Origin: the human T2T-CHM13v2.0 reference genome, Homo sapiens
Assembly (NCBI RefSeq): GCF_009914755.1
Contig: NC_060932.1
DNA length: 64,000 nt
Strand: one strand, 5' to 3'
Both the position numbers and the translations under genes were made by a program. Each line of letters begins with the position of its first letter. Within the stretch, counting starts at the first letter, position 1. The notes below the pieces were generated by a model. The model searched no databases. It worked only from the letters and a program-made list of their open reading frames with translations, and was not told the DNA's origin. Of the stretch, positions 55,366-64,000 are shown one piece after another.

Positions 55366-56958
55366 ATGGGGGACGACTCACTCTACTTGGGAGGTGAGTG
55401 GCAGTTCAACCACTTTTCAAAACTCACATCTTCTCGGCCAGATGCAGCTTTTGCTGAAATCCAGCGGACTTCTCTCCCTGAGAAGTCACCACTCTCATCT
55501 GAGACCCGTGTCGACCTCTGTGATGATTTGGCTCCTGTGGCAAGACAGCTCGCTCCCAGGGAGAAGCTTCCTCTGAGTAGCAGGAGACCTGCTGCGGTGG
55601 GGGCTGGGCTCCAGAATATGGGAAATACCTGCTACGAGAACGCTTCCCTGCAGTGCCTGACATACACACTGCCCCTTGCCAACTACATGCTGTCCCGGGA
55701 GCACTCTCAAACATGTCAGCGTCCCAAGTGCTGCATGCTCTGTACTATGCAAGCTCACATCACATGGGCCCTCCACAGTCCTGGCCATGTCATCCAGCCC
55801 TCACAGGCATTGGCTGCTGGCTTCCATAGAGGCAAGCAGGAAGATGTCCATGAATTTCTCATGTTCACTGTGGATGCCATGAAAAAGGCATGCCTTCCCG
55901 GCCACAAGCAGGTAGATCATCACTGCAAGGACACCACCCTCATCCACCAAATATTTGGAGGCTGCTGGAGATCTCAAATCAAGTGTCTCCACTGCCACGG
56001 GATTTCAGACACTTTTGACCCTTACCTGGACATCGCCCTGGATATCCAGGCAGCTCAGAGTGTCAAGCAAGCTTTGGAACAGTTGGTGAAGCCCGAAGAA
56101 CTCAATGGAGAGAATGCCTATCATTGCGGTCTTTGTCTCCAGAGGGCGCCGGCCTCCAACACGTTAACTTTACACACTTCTGCCAAGGTCCTCATCCTTG
56201 TCTTGAAGAGATTCTCCGATGTCGCAGGCAACAAACTTGCCAAGAATGTGCAATATCCTGAGTGCCTTGACATGCAGCCATACATGTCTCAGCAGAACAC
56301 AGGACCTCTTGTCTATGTCCTCTATGCTGTGCTGGTCCACGCTGGGTGGAGTTGTCACGACGGACATTACTTCTCCTATGTCAAAGCTCAAGAAGTCCAG
56401 TGGTATAAAATGGATGATGCCGAGGTCACTGTCTGTAGCATCATTTCTGTCCTGAGTCAACAGGCCTATGTCCTCTTTTACATCCAGAAGAGTGAATGGG
56501 AAAGACACAGTGAGAGTGTGTCAAGAGGCAGGGAACCAAGAGCCCTCGGCGCTGAAGACACAGACAGGCGAGCAAAGCAAGGAGAGCTCAAGAGAGACCA
56601 CCCCTGCCTCCAGGCACCCGAGTTGGACGAGCACTTGGTGGAAAGAGCCACTCAGGAAAGCACCTTAGACCACTGGAAATTCCTGCAAGAGCAAAACAAA
56701 ACGAAGCCTGAGTTCAACGTCGGAAAAGTCGAAGGTACCCTGCCTCCCAACGCACTTGTGATTCATCAATCAAAATACAAGTGTGGGATGAAAAACCATC
56801 ATCCTGAACAGCAAAGCTCCCTGCTAAACCTCTCTTCGACGACCCGGACAGATCAGGAGTCCATGAACACTGGCACACTCGCTTCTCTGCAAGGGAGGAC
56901 CAGGAGAGCCAAAGGGAAGAACAAACACAGCAAGAGGGCTCTGCTTGTGTGCCAGTGA
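55366..56958 (+). CDS. USP17L1: Ubiquitin-specific peptidase 17-like (530 aa, intronless; catalytic C89, H334 and D350/351 present)
   Basis: Starts [19 protein letters not shown]. Cys box [10 protein letters not shown] (TGC at 55630), His box [11 protein letters not shown] (CAT at 56365), WYKMDD, C-terminus [11 protein letters not shown]. The family call is firm; the paralogue is from recalled sequence and gene order. Confidence 0.92.
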   Translation: MGDDSLYLGGEWQFNHFSKLTSSRPDAAFAEIQRTSLPEKSPLSSETRVDLCDDLAPVARQLAPREKLPLSSRRPAAVGAGLQNMGNTCYENASLQCLTYTLPLANYMLSREHSQTCQRPKCCMLCTMQAHITWALHSPGHVIQPSQALAAGFHRGKQEDVHEFLMFTVDAMKKACLPGHKQVDHHCKDTTLIHQIFGGCWRSQIKCLHCHGISDTFDPYLDIALDIQAAQSVKQALEQLVKPEELNGENAYHCGLCLQRAPASNTLTLHTSAKVLILVLKRFSDVAGNKLAKNVQYPECLDMQPYMSQQNTGPLVYVLYAVLVHAGWSCHDGHYFSYVKAQEVQWYKMDDAEVTVCSIISVLSQQAYVLFYIQKSEWERHSESVSRGREPRALGAEDTDRRAKQGELKRDHPCLQAPELDEHLVERATQESTLDHWKFLQEQNKTKPEFNVGKVEGTLPPNALVIHQSKYKCGMKNHHPEQQSSLLNLSSTTRTDQESMNTGTLASLQGRTRRAKGKNKHSKRALLVCQ

Positions 56959-59638
56959 TCTCAGTGGAAGTGCCGACCCACACGTAGGGGTGCACGCACA
57001 CACACACACACACAAATACACCCACAAGCACGCACGCAAACACACACACACACACCCCCAAACAAACCCGAACACCGTCAATCCTACATAAAGTAATGAG
57101 GAGTCCAAGTTTCTGTCTCTACAACAGGGACAACTGGATAGTGATGGCTGTATCTCAGGATGAGCCCACACATGGGAAACATCAAGTTTTGGGGTCGTGA
57201 GTCTTCCGAACCTCTGGAGGGACTGTCTGTGTGTTTGTGTTCATGGTAGATGACATTCACTGTGTATTTCTGAATATGACCTACTGACGTGTAGGTTTGC
57301 GTGTGAGGTTATTGCAGGGGACTCGGTTTCCTATTTTCTCTTGGGGTGTGTTTCATTCGTCAGTTGTTGGGCGGCACGGGAAGGTGAAATTTTGCTCATG
57401 TGGCACATCCGTGGATCATTCTCGCCACCTTGAATAGTGGAAACTGGAATGCATTTAGAAGATAGGAACGGTGCTCTTCTTTCTTACCCTGGCTCGCCGT
57501 TTTTACATTGGTTTCTGAAGGGACCTCAGGCGCCCTGGGACTTGTGCTCTTGCTGGAACCCACATAACGCCGGAAACAGACAGACCGACTTGCCTGTTTC
57601 ACGGGGTCCACTTCCAATGAGTCGAAACGGAAAATTTTCCCACTGGCATGTCAGTCATTTGGAACTAAGTCCTATTGATAATAAAGGAAATCAAACACAG
57701 GAGTGTGTGTATTCAACTGAAATAAATTCAGAAAGCCCTGAAAAAAAATCTCATTTGGTGTGCTTACAAATGGCATTTGGGGAGATTCCGGGTCATTCGT
57801 CCAGCTGCGAAAGCTACACCTCTGAAGCACAGTCCCTGTCCTTCAATCAGACTTACGTATCCGACGTGGTGTTTCCGTGGAAATGATTGTGGGAAATGGC
57901 CCCTTCCTTGTCTGTATTTGCTGATTAGATTTCATGGTCCCTTTCTCGTTAGGTGCAGTGATCAAAGTTGACCAACCCCAGAGGAAAGCTGCCCAGGGCA
58001 CCACTCAGGGCTCCGTAGAACCACAGAATCTTGGGCGCAACCCTGCTCAAGCACCCAAATGTGCATACGAACAGGGTCTCCGTGTGACGTGTGTGAAAAC
58101 TACAGTGTGATGAGCATGACTCGCAGACAGGTTATCGATTGGGCTCCCCTCAAAATCAGTTAGGAACATGAAAGCACACCGATGCCCAGGTCCCGGCTGC
58201 AGGAATAAGACCCTCCGACGTCTTGTGTGAAGCCACGGCATCTGCGTTGCTCATGCTTCTGGGGATCATTCTCCTGAAAATGGTGGCTTCTTTCTCCCTG
58301 TGGAGCATCTTTCTAAGCAGTGCTCCTTTCTTCCCCCAGGACACTTTACATCAGGCGCACGAAGCCTTCTGATGGACCACACCTGGCCTATGAAAAGACA
58401 AGGGAAAGAAACGGGGCCAAAGGTCACAGTCCTCTCATTCCATCATCCTCCTTAAAATCATCCGAATTTCATGGGCCCTGAAGCCAGGGCTGTTTCTTTA
58501 AAACTAGAGGCCTTGGCGCCGGGCCTCAATTCTGCCCTGTTCCTTACTGTCTAAGACATTTTGGGAAAATCCCTAGAGCCAGGATCTTCATTCCTGGTAA
58601 GCCAGAGAGCCTGAAGACACACCCAAATGCTGTCCCTCTTAGTTCAGGGAACATGTCCACTTTCGTCAGCATTACAATTTTTGCACCAAATGTGCTAACT
58701 GCAATTCCACCATACAATGCATAACTGGAAATGGAGGGAACATCTCAGATCATGAACAATCGATGCGAGAATCCAGGAGACACACGGCTTATTTTTGCCT
58801 TTTCCCTGTGAAACAAGGGCCAGCAGTAAAAAGGTTATGCTATCTTCTGTTTCACTCCCTGCTTTTAAACGTCTCCGATGTTTTCTTCTTGAGACAGGGC
58901 CTCATTCCCGTCACCCGGGCTTTTCTACGGTATAATTTTCCTTGTTTGCTTTTGTCAAAATTAGAACTTTTTATTTCATCTCTATGAAATGTTGAGCCAT
59001 TATCACATACGTGTGGAAATAGTATCACCCATGCTGTGAGATACGTTGTTTTGATTTTCATCAGTTCTTTAATAAACAAAAGCTTATAGTTGGGATACCT
59101 TTGGATTTCTCAAGGTTTTTGTTTCATGTTTTCTTAAACTGCCGCCGCACGTCCGAAACCACTCACTATACAATGTCAGGACCATCTCTCTTTTCTGGCA
59201 CACATAAATTTGGGGAATGTCATCAATTAGTCTCTCGGTGATTGCATGATTTCCCCAAAGTCTTTCACAGTCTACTTTGTGCGCTGAGTATCTCTTCAAA
59301 CTTCAGTGCATGTTTCTACCATTTGATGCTTTAGTATTTGGCAGCCTAGCTTCCACAAGAGCATTTCATGCAAAGACCTGTCTTGTTCTCCACTGGCCGG
59401 TAATTTCACTCGGATAGAGAATCAATAGTCTGAACGTGGAAAGGTCATCGCTGGAAGGTCTGTTGGATTCCACGGATCTCTCCTTTATTATTAAGGAAAA
59501 ATATACGCTGTGCTAAATACTATACTTCATTGACTATTCTCAGGTCAGAAAGTGCACTTCAGACTTCTTGTGCTTCCATCGCTGAGAGGATGATGATAGC
59601 TGCCAAAAGTACATACTTGGAAGTTCATCCCAGCACAA

Positions 59639-59678
<40 letters not shown>

Positions 59679-60093
59679 ACACACACACGGTTTCATAGAT
59701 AAAGATTTCTTCCCTGACATTCTTTTACCTAAAATAAGGCAACTGTGTGGCCACTGTCCCAACCCGGTTACACTCATATTATATGTGCCTATCACCCTGA
59801 GGAGTAATTTGATTCAGGTGTTCTAGAAGTCATGATGTGGGCTGTGTCTGTTGAATTCCCAGCGATGCAAGGGGACACACCCTGTGACTCATTCCTTAAT
59901 TGAGTGCTGATATTTGATTGTTTTATCGCGCACCTGATGGGTGGGTGGGGTGTTCCCGGCTGGTGGGGGTGAGTTCTATAAGGGATGATGCGGCCAGAGA
60001 GCTCGTCATTTGAAGACTCTCTCGGAAGAGATAGCGTCTTGCTGCAACCTGCGGTCCCAGCAGAAAAACCTTGTGATCCTTGTTGCGGGCGAC

Positions 60094-61686
60094 ATGGGGG
60101 ACGACTCACTCTACTTGGGAGGTGAGTGGCAGTTCAACCACTTTTCAAAACTCACATCTTCTCGGCCAGATGCAGCTTTTGCTGAAATCCAGCGGACTTC
60201 TCTCCCTGAGAAGTCACCACTCTCATCTGAGACCCGTGTCGACCTCTGTGATGATTTGGCTCCTGTGGCAAGACAGCTCGCTCCCAGGGAGAAGCTTCCT
60301 CTGAGTAGCAGGAGACCTGCTGCGGTGGGGGCTGGGCTCCAGAATATGGGAAATACCTGCTACGAGAACGCTTCCCTGCAGTGCCTGACATACACACTGC
60401 CCCTTGCCAACTACATGCTGTCCCGGGAGCACTCTCAAACATGTCAGCGTCCCAAGTGCTGCATGCTCTGTACTATGCAAGCTCACATCACATGGGCCCT
60501 CCACAGTCCTGGCCATGTCATCCAGCCCTCACAGGCATTGGCTGCTGGCTTCCATAGAGGCAAGCAGGAAGATGTCCATGAATTTCTCATGTTCACTGTG
60601 GATGCCATGAAAAAGGCATGCCTTCCCGGCCACAAGCAGGTAGATCATCACTCTAAGGACACCACCCTCATCCACCAAATATTTGGAGGCTGCTGGAGAT
60701 CTCAAATCAAGTGTCTCCACTGCCACGGGATTTCAGACACTTTTGACCCTTACCTGGACATCGCCCTGGATATCCAGGCAGCTCAGAGTGTCAAGCAAGC
60801 TTTGGAACAGTTGGTGAAGCCCGAAGAACTCAATGGAGAGAATGCCTATCATTGCGGTCTTTGTCTCCAGAGGGCGCCGGCCTCCAACACGTTAACTTTA
60901 CACACTTCTGCCAAGGTCCTCATCCTTGTCTTGAAGAGATTCTCCGATGTCGCAGGCAACAAACTTGCCAAGAATGTGCAATATCCTGAGTGCCTTGACA
61001 TGCAGCCATACATGTCTCAGCAGAACACAGGACCTCTTGTCTATGTCCTCTATGCTGTGCTGGTCCACGCTGGGTGGAGTTGTCACGACGGATATTACTT
61101 CTCTTATGTCAAAGCTCAAGAAGGCCAGTGGTATAAAATGGATGATGCCGAGGTCACTGTCTGTAGCATCACTTCTGTCCTGAGTCAACAGGCCTATGTC
61201 CTCTTTTACATCCAGAAGAGTGAATGGGAAAGACACAGTGAGAGTGTGTCAAGAGGCAGGGAACCAAGAGCCCTTGGCGCTGAAGACACAGACAGGCCAG
61301 CAACGCAAGGAGAGCTCAAGAGAGACCACCCTTGCCTCCAGGTACCCGAGTTGGACGAGCACTTGGTGGAAAGAGCCACTGAGGAAAGCACCTTAGACCA
61401 CTGGAAATTCCCCCAAGAGCAAAACAAAATGAAGCCTGAGTTCAACGTCAGAAAAGTTGAAGGTACCCTGCCTCCCAACGTACTTGTGATTCATCAATCA
61501 AAATACAAGTGTGGGATGAAAAACCACCATCCTGAACAGCAAAGCTCCCTGCTAAACCTCTCTTCGATGAACTCGACAGATCAGGAGTCCATGAACACTG
61601 GCACACTCGCTTCTCTGCAAGGGAGGACCAGGAGATCCAAAGGGAAGAACAAACACAGCAAGAGATCTCTGCTTGTGTGCCAGTGA
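60094..61686 (+). CDS. USP17L4: USP17-like protein, predicted catalytically inactive (H334Y), 530 aa
   Basis: Full-length ORF. The His box reads HDGYY (TAT at 61093-61095). Cys89 is retained. Confidence 0.88.
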   Translation: MGDDSLYLGGEWQFNHFSKLTSSRPDAAFAEIQRTSLPEKSPLSSETRVDLCDDLAPVARQLAPREKLPLSSRRPAAVGAGLQNMGNTCYENASLQCLTYTLPLANYMLSREHSQTCQRPKCCMLCTMQAHITWALHSPGHVIQPSQALAAGFHRGKQEDVHEFLMFTVDAMKKACLPGHKQVDHHSKDTTLIHQIFGGCWRSQIKCLHCHGISDTFDPYLDIALDIQAAQSVKQALEQLVKPEELNGENAYHCGLCLQRAPASNTLTLHTSAKVLILVLKRFSDVAGNKLAKNVQYPECLDMQPYMSQQNTGPLVYVLYAVLVHAGWSCHDGYYFSYVKAQEGQWYKMDDAEVTVCSITSVLSQQAYVLFYIQKSEWERHSESVSRGREPRALGAEDTDRPATQGELKRDHPCLQVPELDEHLVERATEESTLDHWKFPQEQNKMKPEFNVRKVEGTLPPNVLVIHQSKYKCGMKNHHPEQQSSLLNLSSMNSTDQESMNTGTLASLQGRTRRSKGKNKHSKRSLLVCQ

Positions 61687-64000
61687 TCAGAGTGGAAGTA
61701 CCGACCCACACTGAGGGGTACACACACACACACACAAACACAAATACACCCACAAGCGCGCACGGAAACACACCCACACCCACACAAACACGAACACCGT
61801 GAATCCTACATAAAGTAATGAGGAGCCCCAGTTTCTGTCTCTACAACAGGGACAATTGGATAGTGATGGCTGCGTCTCAGGATGAGCCCACATATGGGAA
61901 ACATCATGTTTTGGGGTCGTGAGTCTTCCGAACCTCTGGAGGGACTGTCTGTGTGTTTGTGTTCATGGTAGATGACATTCAGTGTGTATTTCTTAATGTG
62001 ACCTATTGACCTGTAGGTTTGCGTGTGAGGTTATTGCAGGGGACATGGTTTACTATTTCCTCTTGGGGTTTGTTTCTTTCGTCAGTTGTTGGTCGTCAAG
62101 AGAAGGTGAAATTTTGCTCATGTGGTACATCCGTGGATCATTCTTGCCACCTTGAATAGTGGATACTGGAATTCAATTGGAAGATAGGAACGGTGCTCTT
62201 CTTTCTTACCCTGGCTCGCCCATTTTATTTTGGTTTCTGAATGGACCTCAGGTGCCCTGGGACTTGTGCTCTTGCTGGAACCCACATAATGCGGGAAACA
62301 GACAGACCGACTTACCTGTTTCACGGTGTCCACTTCCATTGCGTGGAAACGGAAAATTTTCCCACTGGCACGGAAGTCATTTGGAACTAATTCTCATTGA
62401 TACTAAAGGAAATCAAACACTGGAGTGTGTGTATTCATCTAAAATACATTCAGAAAGCCCTGAAATAAACCTCATTTGGTGTGTTTACAAATGGCATTTG
62501 AGGAGATTCCGGGTCATTCGTCCAGCTGCGAAAGCTGCATCTCTGAAACACAGTCCCTGTCCTGCAATCAGACTTATTTATCCGACGTGGTGTTTCTGTG
62601 GAAATTATTGTGGGAAATGGCCCCTTCCTTTTCTGTATTTGCTGATTAGATTTCATGGTCCCTTTCTTGTTAGGTGCAGTGATCAAAGTTGACCAACCCC
62701 TGAGGAAAGCTGTCCAGGTCACAACTCAGGGCTCCGTAGAACCACAGAATCTTGGGCACAACCCTGCTCAAGCACCCAAATGTGCATACGAACAGGGTCT
62801 CTGTGTGACGTGTGTGAAAACTACAGTGTGATGAGCATGACTTGCAGACAGGTTATCGATTGGGCTCCCCTCAAAATTAGTTATGAGCATTAAAGCACAC
62901 CGATGCCCAGGTCCCGGCTGCAGGAATAAGACCCTCCAACGTCTTGTGTGAAGCCACGGCATCTGGATTGCTCATGCTTCTGGGGATCATTCTCCTGAAA
63001 ATTGTGGCTCCTTCCTGCCTGTGGAGCACCTCTCTAAGCAGTGCCCTTTCTTCACCCAGGACACTTTACATCAGGCACAGAAAGCCTTCTGATGGAGCAC
63101 ACCTGGCCCATGAAAAGACAAGGGAGAAGAAACGGGGCCAAAGATCACAGTCCTCTCATTCCACCATCCTCCTTAAAATCATCCGAATTTCATGGGCCCT
63201 GAGGCCACGGCTGTTTCTTTACACCTCGAGACCTTGGCGCCGGGCCTCAATTCTGCCCCAGTGCTTACTGTCTAAGACATTTTGGGAAAATCCCTAGAGC
63301 CTGGATCTTCAATCCTGGTAAGCCAGAGAGCCTGGAGACACACCCAAATTATGTCCCTCTTAGTTCAGGGAACATGTCCATTTTCGACAGCATTAAAATT
63401 TTGGCACCAAATGTGCTAACTGCAATTCCACCATACAATGCGTAACTGGAAATGGAGGCAACATCTCATATCCTGAACAATTCATGCGAGAATCTAGGAG
63501 ACACACGGCTTACTTTTGCCTTTTCCCACTGAAACAAGGGCCAGTATTAACAATGTTATGCTATCCTTGGTTTCACTCCCCACTTTTAAATCTCTCGGAT
63601 GTTTACTTCTTGAGACAGGGCGTCACTGCCGTCACCCACGCTTTTCTACGGTGTAATTTTTGTTGTTTGCTTTTGTCAAATTTAGAAATTTTCATTCATC
63701 TCTATCAAATGTTGCTCCATTATCACATACGTATGAAAATATTATCACGCGTGCTGTGAGATACGTTGTTTTTATTTTCATCAATTCTTTTGTAAAACAA
63801 AGGTTATAGTTGGGATACCTTCTGATTTCTCAAGTTTTTTGTTTCATATTTTCTTAAACTGCCGTCGCACGTCCAAAACCACTCACTATACAATGTCTTG
63901 ACCATCTCTCTTTTCTGGCAAATATAAATTTTCGGAATGTCATCAGTTAGTCTCTCGGTGATTCCATTATTTCCCCAAAGTCTTTTACAGTCTAGTTTGT

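Larger units (their letters stand above)
51270..64000 (+). repeat. RS447-type USP17 macrosatellite (~4.73-kb unit), with a degenerate first unit
   Basis: Periods are 4728 (USP17 ORF to ORF) and 4744 and 4721 (spacer landmarks at 54019, 58763, 63484). CA microsatellites flank each gene. Confidence 0.93.

Overview
This window is primate (most likely human) genomic DNA, not prokaryotic. The gene order matches the 8p23.1 beta-defensin segmental-duplication region, recognised from memory of the protein sequences rather than from a database search. 1-24.0 kb is the end of a FAM90A tandem array. It holds three intact 4-coding-exon, 464-aa FAM90A copies in a ~7.6-kb unit that carries an antisense solo HERV-K LTR5A-type LTR. 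One unit is shortened to 5810 bp by a 1836-bp loss, and the array ends in a diverged partial unit. 24-51 kb is repeat-rich (Alu, L1, L2, THE1). It contains an intact two-exon DEFB109, a decayed DEFB108-like signal-peptide exon, and a decayed multi-exon PRR23D-like gene on the minus strand that the ORF track hides. 51-64 kb is an RS447-type ~4.73-kb macrosatellite: a degenerate unit with no ORF, a USP17L1-type gene with its catalytic triad intact, a USP17L4-type gene with H334Y, and the start of a further unit. The most notable observations are the PRR23D-like fossil; the FAM90A unit that lost its 3'UTR, poly(A) signal and LTR; a DUX4-like motif cluster between FAM90A and a divergent spliced antisense exon pair; a USP17L homogenisation tract ending at the catalytic His codon; and a 30-nt templated insertion in an Alu. 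No CRISPR, rRNA or tRNA was seen. All alignments and counts were done by eye.
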